Of a stretch of DNA of 64,000 nucleotides, positions 40,946-59,499 are shown one piece after another. Both the position numbers and the translations under genes were made by a program. Source of the DNA: the human T2T-CHM13v2.0 reference genome, Homo sapiens; NCBI RefSeq assembly GCF_009914755.1, contig NC_060939.1. One strand, written 5' to 3'. Every line of letters starts with the position of its first letter. Position 1 is the first letter of the stretch. The notes beneath the pieces were generated by a model, which did no database searches, had not been told where the DNA came from, and worked only from the letters and a program-made list of their open reading frames with translations.

Positions 40946-43097
40946 TATAATTTATTTTTTTTAAAGCAAAGAAAAGCCTTACATTTTTACATATGGGAAC
41001 AACATGAATATTGTAAAATATGCTGTGGAAAACTACAATATAATAAGCAATTAGAAATAAATTATACTATCATTCAGATAAATGTTGAGGAAAGTAAATG
41101 GAAACACTAATGATAAGTTTTTCTATGCAGTGAACTTAGACACAAACTAAAACTTTTCTTAATGTGATGTGCATACTATCCAATTCACTTTTTATATAAC
41201 ACATAAATTCAAGTATGTTTTCTGAAACCCCTGAAGCTAAAGTTATAGGCTAATTTGACATACGTAAAAACAGGACAGGGAAAACGTACAGATCACAGTC
41301 CCACTAAGCTTTATATAAGATTAATTAATAAAATAACTCATTAAGAAATAATGTAACAGTTAAGAATTTGTTCTATTCCTGGCATGTTTCTAAGTTTTTC
41401 TATGGATTAAGGTCTTTAAAAATTCTTTGAGATGAGTAGATACAATCAACTATTCCACAGGTGACATGTTTGGCATAGAGAGTTCACATTTCTAAGTTAG
41501 TTTCTACTAAGGGAAAGAAAACTTTTTGACCTACATTACCAGAGATGAAAAAAAGAATAAAGTGAAATAGAAGATTCAACTTTATGATATGTGCTGAGGT
41601 GCTTTGGGCTCTGATAAATTTTTTTTCTGATTTTTTTGCAGGAACACATTTGAAATAATAGGACTGAAAATTATGAGGAAGAAACATTTGTCCTCGGTGT
41701 TTCTGAAATATGTGAACCAAACCCCAATGCCTGCACTTTTGCTCTCACAAACTTCTGACATGAGGCACAGATTTTTACAAAACAGCTTAACATAAAAGTC
41801 TCACAAAATGTGCAGATTTCCTCAGATCCCAAAAACAATGGAAAAGCACTCAGACCACAAGGGCTTCATGGGAACAGCAGAAAGAAGAGGCGAACTTTGG
41901 CTGTCACTGTGAATGCCCTGGAATGTTAGTGGATGAACAGAGAAGCCTTAGAAGATTTAAGAGCATAATAAGCATAGGGTAGGAAATTTCCACCTGTGGC
42001 AGCAAAAGAAGTAAATTTAGAATTTTCCAGAACCAATTTCTTTGAAGCAGAACTTCCAACACCACATTTTTAAGGTTTTCTCCTTGGCCTTTGCACCTCT
42101 CATCTTTGTTATTTGTTCATTCTTCCCTATTGGGGTGTTGCCTATTATTCTCTCTCTTTTTACATTCCAAAGACATTTCCTTTACTGTAGGACAGGGGCA
42201 TCCACGGGAGACTACAGCCATGAGTTCTTAGTTTCTGTTTCTGGTTGAGCCAGTAAGGCCCTTTCCTCATCCCCCTTTTCCACTTATCACTAGACACAGA
42301 ACCCAAAAACCATTGCTGCAGGCTGCTAAAAACCTAAAACAAAACAGAGCCATAACAAAAACAAAACAAGGCGGGTTGGAAAAGCTTGCTGTACGAGGCA
42401 ACCAGGTGTGGCTTATATTCACCACATCCCTTCTTCTTTCCCAGAACAGCAATTGGGCTCAAGAGAAAACGTCCAACTTTTAGTATATCCCTCAGTATAG
42501 AATGAGAACAGTGGAACATATGTTCAAAGGTTTGGCTTTGTGGGCTACCGCTGATGACTAGATTCTGTCTCCCCAAACAGGGAATGCTAAAGGAAATGGC
42601 AGAGTAGTGAGAATGATAACTTATGACTGCTGAGAAGAGAAGTTACATGCTTACCACAGCCTCAGAGAAACAAACACTAAAATCAGCTGCGGAAGCAAAG
42701 GACCACAGTGTCTGGAAAACAATGGGAAAAATACATTTACCTTAAAAATACACACACAAGCCCAGAGAAGACACATTGAAGACACTGTTAATGAAGTACC
42801 AGGATGTACAGCCTCACTGATTGTTGTATTATCTTGTAGTAAGCAAGTTTGTACATACTACATTACACAGTTGTTTTATAAATTTCTGAATCTCATCAAA
42901 AGATTGCAGGGCATACAGAAAAGGACGAAAACATGTCCCAATTGAAGAAATAAAATAAACCTACAAATATTGACCTTTAAAAATCTTTGTTGACTTTTAA
43001 AGGTCAAAATTTGTAGGTTTATTCTTTGTTGTTGTTGTTTTTGCATTATATAATTTTAAAAATCAAAATAATTATCAAAGCTCCTTAATGATATGAA

Positions 43098-46019
<2,922 letters not shown>

Positions 46020-47275
46020 CTGCTTAATGAACAAAAACAGAACATAGACAACAAAAGAATATTAGAAGAAGTGATACATAAAGAAAATGAGATATCAATA
46101 AAAAGATTTTTAAAAACCAACAATTGTGAATCTGAAGAACATAATAGCTATATTAAAAATTTAATCAACAGTCACAAAAGCAGACTAATAAAGGAGAAAA
46201 AATTACACAATTGATGACATTGTAGTTATAAATATTGAGTGATGAAAACAAATTTTTTAAGCAGAATGGAGGAAAAAGTATGGGACGTACTGCACATCGT
46301 CAAGGGGACCATTATATTTATGAAAGGAGTCTTACAAAAACAATATAGGAGAAAAGTAATAAAGAGATTATTTTTAAAAAGTAGCTGAGAAATCCCCACA
46401 TGACAAGATAATTAAACAAAAAGAAATACTTCCAAACAAAAACCTTCAACTGGAGTAATATCACTTCAGAAATAAAAAAACTAAACCTTTCCAAAATAAA
46501 TAAAAGTTGATTGTGTTACTAACCACTAGAAGAGTCCTAAAGGAAGTGTAAAAGAGTCTATCACGTCCAAAAATGAAATGATGCTGCAGAGCATCATAGC
46601 AGCACATGAAAATAGAAAGCTCTCTATTAAAGGTAAATATATAAACAGGTAAAGAAATCTCTACTGTCATAATCACGGTGCACAAAACTTTCAAAATATT
46701 GCCATGGAGTTTAAAACATGAAGCAGAAATCTGCATAAATTTGTGATCATAGACCATAAGGAAAGATAATATGTGATATTAATAAAACAGTGGGAGTGTG
46801 AAGAGGTACAACTTTGCATTCAGTTGAAATATGGTTGTTCTATACTGTCATAACTTTAAGATGATTTATGAAGTCTTTATTTCTCAGGATGATTACCAAA
46901 AAAACCTGTAGAATGTATGCAAAGGCAAATGAGAAAGAAATTCAATCACGTCACTACAAAATCAACAAACAGAAATAAAGCAGTAAGAGAAAAAATGATA
47001 AATAACACATCTACAAGAAACACAGAAGACAATTACAAATAATAAAGTAACTTCATTAAATGCAGTAATGACTTCAAATATAAAAAGTTAAATACCTTAA
47101 AGAAAATTAATAAATAATTTAATGGATTAAGAACAAAGAAGATCCAGCAATGTGCTCTCTACAAGAGTCATTCCAGCTCTAAGGACTCAAATAAGTTGAA
47201 AGTAACAGTATAAAGAAAATATATTTTATGCAAAGAGTAGCTAAAATTGGAGGGCCATGGTCATAATTATACTAA

Positions 47276-47630
<355 letters not shown>

Positions 47631-48314
47631 GAGAGATTGGTATTATGTAATGGTGAGATGGATTAACTTTCCAGGAATCTATAACAATAATTTATAAATC
47701 ATATATATATAATTTGAAAAATCTGCAAAAATATACCATTGAGATTTTGACAAAAATTACATTAAATTTTTGTATTACTATAAATAGCACTGACATCTTT
47801 CTTTCTTTTTTTTTTTTTTTAGAGACAGAGTTTCTTTCTCTCAGGCTGGAGGGCAGTGGCACGATATCTCGATAGGCTCACTTCAACCTCCTCCTCCCAG
47901 GTTCAACTGATTCTCGTCTTTCAAATATGTAAAACAAATATTGACAGAAGTCAAGCAAGAAATACATAGCAACACAACAACGGTGGACTTCAAGACTCCA
48001 CTTCAGTAATGACTAGAATAGTCAGAAGTAATATCAGTAAGAAAGCCAAACCTGAACATTATAGACCCAACCAGCATTTACAGAACTCTCCAATTTAAAG
48101 GAGCAAAATCTGCAATATTCTAAATCACACATGGTACATTCTGTTAGGATACATGTCTTATTAAATTTAAGAAAACCGAAGCCATACAATGTAAATGAAA
48201 CTAGAATTCAAAAGCAAGAAAATGTGGCAAATATGTAAATAAGAGGAAATTAAGCAAAATCTTTCATATAGTCTTGCTCAAGTGTCAGGTGATTTAATAT
48301 TGTTAAGATGTCAG

Positions 48315-48610
48315 GGCCGGCATGAGGCTCATGCCTGTAATCCTAGGACTTTGGGAGGCCAAAGTGGGTGGATCACCTGAGATCAGAAGTTTGAGACTAG
48401 CCTAGTGAATATGGCAAAACCCTATCTCTACTAAAAATACAAAAGTTAGCTAGACATGATGGTGCACGACTGCAATCCCAGCTACTCTGGTGGCTGAGAC
48501 TGGAGAATTGCTTGAACCTGGGAAGCGGAGACTGCAGTGAGCACATCTCGCACCCCTGCCCTTCAGCCTGAGTGACTCACTAAAACTCCATCTCCAAAAA
48601 AAAAAAAAAA
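48315..48610 (+). mobile_element. Alu
   Basis: ggccggcatgaggctcatgcctgtaatcc...actccatctcc followed by poly(A). Confidence 0.9.
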
Positions 48611-50569
48611 TGTTGCCAGTACTACTCATGATGATATAAAAATGTAAGGTAATTTTTGTCAAAATCCCAATGGTATTTTTTTTGCAGAATTTTTGTGTAT
48701 AATTCTAAACGTTGCTTAGGAAAGGTGACTAGCCAAACACCCTTTAAAAAGAACAAAGAGGTATTACATTTTCTGATTCAAAATCATGATACAAAGCTAC
48801 AAAAATAAAAACAATATGGTATTGCCACAAAAACAGATACATAGATGACGAAACAGAATAGAGATCCCAGAAATAAACCCTTGCATATGTGATAAAATAA
48901 TCTTCCATAAGCTTTCCATGACCACACAATAGAAAAATAAGAATCTATTTAACAAAGAATTTTCCAAATTGAATATTTACAGAGAAAAAAATAAAATTGG
49001 ATGCTTCCTTTGTATCATATATAAAAAGAAAAGTTTTTTAAATGAATTCAATACTTAAACATAAAACCTAATAAAATTCTTAGAAGTAAACATAAGGGAA
49101 AAGTTTATGACATAAGTCTTAAAACTCTTTCCTTAAGTTTGACATCAAATTCATAAGCAACAAGGAAAAGAACAACGACCAAAAAAAGGGACTACATTAA
49201 GCTTCAACTATTCTACACATCAAATAAAACATTTAGTGCCATACAAACGTCACCTAATAAGTGGGTGAAAGCTAGGCATGGTGTCTCATGCCTTTAATTC
49301 TACAACTTTAGGAGGCCAAGGCAGAACAATCACTTGAGGCCAAAAGTTTGAGACTAGCCATGAAAACATAGCAAGACCCTGTCTTGTATAGGGTTATATA
49401 TATGCATACATACATACATAAAACAAAAAAGAGTAAAAATATTTTCTAATCACATATTTGGTAGGTGTTAATTTTCAAAATATATAAATTCCTAAAACTC
49501 AACAACAAAAAAAGTTAATAACTTGATTTAGAATGGCACATGTTTGAAATGACTTTCTCCAAAGAAGACATAGAAATGACTAGGCATTTAAAAGGATACT
49601 CGACAACTCTCTTCTAGAAAAATACAAAGAAAAGTCACAATAATCTATCACATCAAACCTATTTTTAAAATAGTATGAAAGCTCTTCAAAAAATTTAAAA
49701 TGAGATTATTTTACAATCCAGCAAACCCCATTCTGGCTATGTATTTAAAATATACAACACATGATCCGGAAGAGATATTTGCACACCCAAATTTATTGCA
49801 GCATTACTAACACAAGCCAAAAGGCAGAAACAACCCAGCTGTCCCTTGACCAATGAAGAGATTAATAACAAGTGGCACATACACAAAGTCGAATATTATT
49901 CAGTCTTTAAAAAGTCACATTATATGATTATTCTTGAGAATATCACGTTAACTGAAATAAGCCAGGAACAAAGTGACAGTCTATGATTCCATTCATAATC
50001 AGGTATCTTAAGTAGACAAACTCATAGGAAAAAAATAGTTAGAATGGTGTTTGTCAAGGACTGAAGAGATGGTAAAATGGGCAATTGTCTTAAAAGACAT
50101 TTAATGTTAGTTTTGCAAGACATAGAAGTTCTACAGATCTTTTGCATAACTATGTGAATGTACTTAACGCTAATGAAATATACACTTAAAAAGAATTAAA
50201 ATGGTAAATTTTACATTATGTGTTTTTACCACAATCGCAGTTTTTAAAAGGAAAAATATGGACTTATAAAGCTTTCCAAAAATTAAATTTTGTTCACAAA
50301 AGATTTTCTCTCACACAAAGGAAGTATAGATTTATAATTAAACTCATTGTGAAATTAAGATTATTTCAATGACTATTCATCCTCACAAGATAAGACAACC
50401 ACTGAAAATCAGCCAAAAAATATGGAAGATAAGCCAGGAGCAAAGTTGGGGACATATTTATAGAGACAAACACATATATAATTTAATTTTGAAAACGTAT
50501 GACCGATTTATATTTTAATTAAACCCAACATTAGTTTCCTGAGTGAAATTTGGTTTTCAGTTTGGGCAA

Positions 50570-51131
50570 ATGAAGCCCTTTCTGTGGTTAAAAGGATTCT
50601 TTCTTCTCCGTTTCTTCATATGGACCTGTGCTGGGGATTGGTCAGCTGTTCAAGTGCAATGCACTCAGTTTTGGTTCTGTGCCAGGATTAAACCTACGAT
50701 ATTTCACATTTCATATATAAACCCCGATGAAGTGTTTCTAGGAGATGGCTGCCTCATAACCTATATTTTGCCAAATGTTTACTATGAATTTCACCACCAT
50801 CCTCTTGAAGGTGGTATTGTAACTAAAACTCTTCAGGACATTCTACTTAAAACTAAAATCACGTATATCTCAAGAAACTCCTTTCTGATTTGAAATGCCT
50901 CTGTCATGTATTCTCTGCAATCAGCATCCTCTTTCAAAGAAAGTAGAAAGGACAGATGAGGAAACTGATAGTGTTACTGCATGGGAGACAGAGGTGAGGA
51001 TACACATGGCGGATGAAAACATGGAAGTTATTTCTACAGCACGATCTTGTAAGTGTCTGACTGCTATGCTCCCTTGTATATCAAATGATGTACCTTTATT
51101 GCAAGAGAAGATAGTGCGCTGTTTACCTTGA
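50570..51131 (+). pseudogene. OOSP1P: OOSP1 (oocyte-secreted protein 1, PLAC1/ZP-N family) processed pseudogene
   Basis: From ATG 50570: MKPFLWLKGFFLLRFFIWTCAGDWSAVQVQCTQFWFCARIKPTIF..NPDEVFLGDGC..LPNVYYEF..GIVT..LLKTKI.YISR, closely matching OOSP1 as recalled; contiguous; frameshift near 50890 before EMPLSC. Confidence 0.85.
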
Positions 51132-51574
51132 CATTGAGAGGCAATTTTGAATTTCTGTCGTGATTGCTTAGGACTGAGGATTTAATGTGCTATTTTGTGG
51201 AAATCTTAGAAGCAGTAATGGGATTTAATGATCTTAACTATCATCCATCTGAAAAATCTAACGCGATTTTAAATCAAATTGCCGGCTGCTTCCACCGTTC
51301 CCTTTTTAAACCAGGAGCTGCCGTTGCTTTTAACATTATGAAGTTGAATCTATGAATAGTTTGTACTATTAACATTTTTTTAAAAATCCACATTGACTTG
51401 AAGTGTACAGGCAGAGTTGGAAATTATAACATCCAAAGTTATAATACATAAGTAAAACCCAAAATAAAATCAACTGCTGCCCTGGAACCTATTCTAAATA
51501 ATCGAGACAGTAATATGGAATTGTAAAGAAAAATAAGAAACATATTTACTCATAAAATCTTGCAAGCAAAGTTT

Positions 51575-53610
<2,036 letters not shown>

Positions 53611-55799
53611 GACCAGCCAAGACTTTTACTTTATAAAGATATTTATGATGTTTTCTTTTCTTTTTACAGTATGTATTGCATTTATAATTGGAGATACAAA
53701 AAAAGGTGACTGTTACTGTTTGACAGCAAGGCAGTAGTATTATCTTCATCAATATTTGCAACTTCATTCACAGGAACCTGTAAGAGAAAGCCCAGACAAA
53801 ACTTTAAGGCAAAGAAGTTACACTTGTAAAAAATGAGAGGACTATTTTTTTATAATAACAAATATTCCAGGTGAGGACTGGTCAGGATCTACCACTGCTC
53901 CATCTCACTTGATAAGTCTCATGCCTGCCAGGGTAAGAAGGAGCAGAGAGAAGGACAAATGCCAGTGAGTTTCCTCTCCCACTAAGGATCTGTTTGTCAA
54001 GTTTCCTACCATCAAGTGGAAGATGTACTAAAAATAAAATGTACCCTTGCAGATGCTAGCAGAGAGGCACAAAATAGAAAAGGAGGTAAGCCCACACATT
54101 GTGGAGAAAGAGATCCAACTTAAGATTCAAAATGCACCAGAAAGCTGTGTAAAGTTAATAAAATTACTCAAAATCTTGGAACATTTGTTTCCTCACCTGT
54201 AAAATGGGGATCATGTGCCTACTTCACAAGTTGTTTTGACAGTTAAATTCACAGAGATATTTAATAGAGCCTGCTATGGCAAGTGTTCACATTAACAAAG
54301 TAGTATCAAACTTCAAAATATGGGAAAGGTATTTTGAATAATGTCTATGAGGCCAAGGACAACATGCCCAGCTTCATAATCAATCCCAGCCACATTACAC
54401 TGAGGAGATCTACAGGGCAACTATATTTCTTCAACAAATTCCATTAGAGAGGAAGAGTGTGTAGTCTGAAAACATGACACAAATGTGACCAGTGTACAGT
54501 GACTTAGGTAGTCGGGGGTGGAGTCCCTACATATTCTCTGAATTGCAGTTACACAGTGAGTTCCCAGGAAACAAATGGAATAGAAAAGGTGACACAAAAT
54601 ATACTACCATAAATGGGGTGAGCATAGCAGGTTCACAACCACAAATGTAAGCAGGAGACTCAAATCACCAGGAGCACCTAGATCTGTGAACAGCAGCTTG
54701 TGGTGGCATCAGGTTCAACTTTCTGAGACCACCGGTGTGGGCAGTGTCTTTGCAGGCACATACTCGGCAGCAGTGTATCTGAAGACAGATCTCAAGGCTC
54801 TTCTCTTCATTAATTATTAAGATGATAGATGATGGATACCCTCACGTTACAACATCCCCACTAACGCTGTGGACAAGTGAATTCAGAAACCCCCACCTAA
54901 ATACACAGTGAAGAGTAGGATGAGAATACTGCAGGATAGGTTAGGAATGCAGGCATTCGACCCCATAGAGTCTATTTAAAATAAGAGAAGGGCCCTAGTA
55001 TTGTGCTGTGGTCCTCCTATATATAGTTCTTTATTTTTCCAATTTCATAAAGGCCATACAGTTTTTCTTCCTTTCTTCACAAATGTGCTGATGAACCCAT
55101 GAGTAATTCATCCTGAAGGGGTTAATTCCTCATAAAGTACAGTAACGTGATTCAATTGCTATGATGAGGTTTTTCAGGATTTTTTTATAGTGTCCCATAC
55201 TCACCGATCACAAGTGAAAATTATAAGAACATGTAATTTGAACAAAGTATTCTTTTCACATAGAGAAATACACAGGTTTGTACAGATTAGATGCATCATC
55301 AAAGTTGGTAACATCTGGGAACAAAAGGAACTATCCTGAGGACATAAGGAACTTAGGAACGTCGATTATTAAGAGGCTACCTGCAAGTGGAACTTCTGGG
55401 TTTTCATTGTCTAGACAGAAAAATTTAACTGATAAGCCCCAGTATATTAAGGTACATCCCCAACGGCTGTGGGGGATCAACTTTCCATCCAAAGCAGAGA
55501 TGTAAAACATGAATGACTTCAAATGCGGCTCAAGTGCTCTGCACCTTGAAAGTCATCCCCACAAAGCTGGAGCACCACCTGTTCCTGAGGGATGAGGTCA
55601 CCAACTGCTTTTTTGAGACACTCGTCAGTCAGGACTCAGTTGAGATGAGGCTGGTGATTTCAACTGTAAAATATCTAAACCATCGTCTTTAGGTAGATTC
55701 TTATGCCTGGGAATTGTGGTTTTCTCCTCTGCTGTTAGCAGATCCTGAGTAACCCAAGAAATACCCGCTCTCACCCGTCAAGTTCTATATCACAAGAAA

Positions 55800-57400
55800 G
55801 GCGCTGCAGACGGTGACATTTTCACGAAGGAGCCACAGCCCGCATCACCCCCTGAAAGCTCTGAAGTTGCGCACGGGTGGGTCACGCAGCAGGTGGATGT
55901 CTCAGTTCCCATAGAGTTTAGCAGAGCAGGCGGCTCCCTGGGCTGGAAGAGGTGCGATGCTCTGGAAACCCCCCGCGGGTGTGTATGTGAGAGGACACCG
56001 AGATGTTCAGCGGGCTGTTCAGTGAGGACCAGACCCCTCCGATTTGAGCAAGGGAGGTGCACTTCGCAGGGTCACACCGTCCTCATCGCCCAGCCTAGAC
56101 CTGCCCCTCAAGTCCTTCTGCGGACTCCCTTGGCGAGGGGGTGGCACAGAATCAGCATGTGGCATCGCTTAGGAAAGGACGAGGTCCACACCGCCCTGTC
56201 CCTCCCTCCAGGGCTGCGCACCACGGGGGAGGACAGACAGCGCATGCTGGTTTTGTAGTTAGCAGGTCGGCGACCAATGGGCTGGAAACCGTTAAGACAC
56301 CAAAACTCCCAGCACTCCTAGCTAGGGACGCGCCTCCCTATCCTTCGTTTCCATACTACACACCGCCCCCAAACCCAGCGCATGCTGAGATTGTAGTCCG
56401 TTAGCCTCGCGACCAATGGGCTGGAAATACTGAAAGGACTATGACTCCCAGGATGCCTTGCGAGGTACCCGCCGTCCCGATCCTTCCTCTAGGGCTGCGC
56501 ACCGCCCCCAAGCCCAACGCATGCTGGGATTGTAGTCAGGTAATCCTGGGACCAACTGACTGGAAACTGTTAAGAGACCATAACTCCCAGCACGCCTGGC
56601 TAAGGACGCACCTCCCTATCCTTCCCTTCAGTGCTACACACCGCCTCGAAGCCCGGTGGCTGCTGGGATTTTAGTCTGCAGGCCGGGGGCCATCGCTGGA
56701 AACCATTAAGAGACCATAACTCCCAGCATCCCTGGCCAGGGACGCGCCTCTCTATCCTTCCCTCCAGCGTTACACACCGCCCCAATCCCGGTGCATGCTG
56801 GCATTGTAGTTCGGTAGCCTTGCGATCAACGTGCTGGAAACTGTTTAAGGACTATGACTCCCAGGACGCCTTGCGAGGGACCCACCCTGTTGACCCTTCC
56901 TCCAGGGCTGGGAACCTCCCTTAAGCCCAGCGCATGCTGGGATCATAGTCCGACTGCCGCGACAGAAAGGCTGGGAGTGGATCTGAGACTACAGTTCCAA
57001 CACTACGGGGAAAATTTCATCTTCTCTGAGACTACAGTTCCAACACTGAGGGGATAATTTCATCTTCTCCTCCGCCCCTCCATGTTTCCAGTGCAATTCC
57101 GCCCTGCTGAGGGGAGCCTATCTGTTCCCAAACTTCTGCGTGCGAGGAGACAGCGTGGCCAGGGCAGGTGGTCTCACTTGTAATTGTGACACAGTCTCCC
57201 CACGTGCCACTTGTACGACTATTTGTCCCTGAAGTTTGATTTCTCTCTGACAAGACAGAGCCCGGGAGCCTCCAACAGCCTGCCCAGCGTTGCCGTAAAG
57301 CTTGCTCTCGGGGACCTGGGCGCGCCCAGACCTTTGCAGGGCCCCTCCCTCAGCCCCGACCCTTCTCCTCGCCCCTCCCCTGCCACGCCCCTTTCGACAT
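55800..57400. promoter_or_regulatory. CpG-rich island, putative promoter with clustered ZNF143/THAP11-type motifs and GC boxes
   Basis: High GC and CpG against an AT-rich background; gactatgactcccag (twice), gaccataactcccag (twice), reverse gactacaatcccagcatg, ccgccc boxes and ccaat motifs. Activity is inferred only. Confidence 0.6.
56225..57070 (-). repeat. Short diverged ACRO1-like array (~6 units, ~138 bp), inverted relative to the main array
   Basis: catgctgggattgtagtc-like motif at ~56243, 56382, 56520, 56660, 56794 and 56933. Confidence 0.8.
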
Positions 57401-57559
57401 GCTGGAAAGTCATCTACCTTTAATAACAGTCATCTTTGCAAAAAAAAAAAAAAAACTCTGAGAATAACCTATCTCCCATTCTATTTAGTATTTATTTCCA
57501 TAGTATCCATAAATAGTAGCAATTAGATATCACAGCAAGTCAAGCAAAAGCCCTGCTTT

Positions 57560-59110
57560 GCCTGTTTCATAAACCACGATATGGCCTTGCTGTGGTTTTA
57601 TTTGTATTTTGTTTTGTATTTATTGACCTTTTGGATATAAATATTTAGGTATTTGGACAGTTTTTGGAAGTATTCCGCTATTAGTTGTTGATTTACTTTT
57701 GTTCCCTATTTAATATTTTTTGTCTCTCCCTTCTCCTTAGACTCAGTCATTCCACAGGTCTCGAGAGCTCTGTTCATTTCCTTTAAACTTTTTGTACTTT
57801 TTTTTTTCCAGACTGGATAATTTCTATTGCTGTGTCTTCTGTTTTAAATCTATGGCTAAACTCAAAAGATTTTTTTCATTTCCTTATCTATAATTTTTTT
57901 ATATATATGTTCATTTCTCTGCTGAAGTTCCACATCTGTTTGTTTATGAATAGAATATTTTCTTTTTTCCCCATGAACATATTCATAAAAACTGCCTTCA
58001 AATTCTTGTCTGCTGATTGCAACATCCTGGGATAGCTTCTACTGCCTGCTTTTGATATTGTGTATGGATGACATTTTCACGTTTCTTTACAAGTCTTATG
58101 AATTTTAAAATTGTGCACTAGAAACTATAAATGATAATTATAGAATAGAAACTCTGGATTTTGTTGTTTTACCTTGAAGACTTTTGTTTTATAAACAGGG
58201 TTCATTGGGCTAGTGTCAAACCAATGCTTGTGTCCGCTACAGTGGGTATAGCTGAAATCTTCATTCAGTTGTTAAACACACATATCATATATGTATTATG
58301 CATAGGCGTTTTTCTATAATAATATATTTTATTCAAGTTTCATCATTGTTATTTGTGAGAGTTCAACAAGCTAGTCCACACTTAGTGGAAGTCAGAACCT
58401 CAGTTTTATTTGATTGTAGCATTTTATATAAAAAAATTATATAGTATGTATACTTGTACATCTGTTTTCTTTATTTCTTTTTCTGTTTTCTTTCTTTCTT
58501 TCCTTTTCTGTCTTCTTTCTTTCTCTCTTTCTTTCCTTCTTTCTTTCTCTCTTCTTTTTTCTTTCTTTCTTTTCCCCAGGTTGGTGTGCAGTGGCATGAT
58601 CTCACTGCAACCTCTGCCTACCAGGCTTAAGATATCCTTCCACTTCAGCCTTTTGAGTCACTGGGACCGCAGCCTTGCACCACCATGCCCGGCTAATTGT
58701 TTTGTATTTTCGGTAGAGACAGGGTTTCACCATGTTGCCCAAACTGGCATGTCTGCTTTCTTTTATGCAACATTACATTTGTGATATTCACCCACCAGTT
58801 GCAAATAGCTATAGTCTGTTCATTTTAGAAAGTAGTTTTTACCTTTTAGTAAAATATAAAAATACATGAAATTAACCATTTTATTATTTTTTTTGTGTGC
58901 AGTTTAAAGAAATTAAATACATTCAGATTGTTTTGCAACCATTGTCCAAGTTCATAAGGAACTGTTTTTCAATCTTTTAAAAGTGAAACTCTGTACCCAG
59001 TAAACAACACTCCCCTTCCATTGCCCTTTGTGTAGTCCCTGGAAACTACTCTTCTACTTCGTGTTTCTATGAACTTAACTGCTGTAAATATCTCATATGA
59101 GTGGAAAGAG
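57560..59110 (-). mobile_element. Old L1M fragments with a minus-strand Alu (~58460-58745) carrying a CT-rich tail
   Basis: T-rich L1-like text (gactggataatttctattg; aaattaaccatttt..aaactctgtaccc) and reverse Alu arms. Confidence 0.65.
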
Positions 59111-59499
59111 ACAATATAACAAAAAAATCATGAGGAAGAATAATATATACTATATAACATATGTTTATCCATTTTAAGAAAAATGCTAGCAGAGATCAGG
59201 TCATGGTGATTATAGAGAAAGGTAGGTAACAGTGAAAAGGGGATTGGTTGCATTAAATTTACGACGTGATGCCTCAAGTGCCAGAGCAGTGAGCTTTCTG
59301 CCCCACTCGCAGGGCTGGTCAATGGTGTGGCTGGAACCCTACTCGAGCTGCCTGACTGCCAGAGCCCATGCTTAGTACAAACTTCAATGAGCCATGAAAG
59401 CAATTCCAACAACAGGCACTTAATGGCTCTGAGATTTTATCACAGCCTGTTCTTCATGGCTAGCAACTTCAGAGAAGAGTGACAGCTGTGAGGTTCCAG

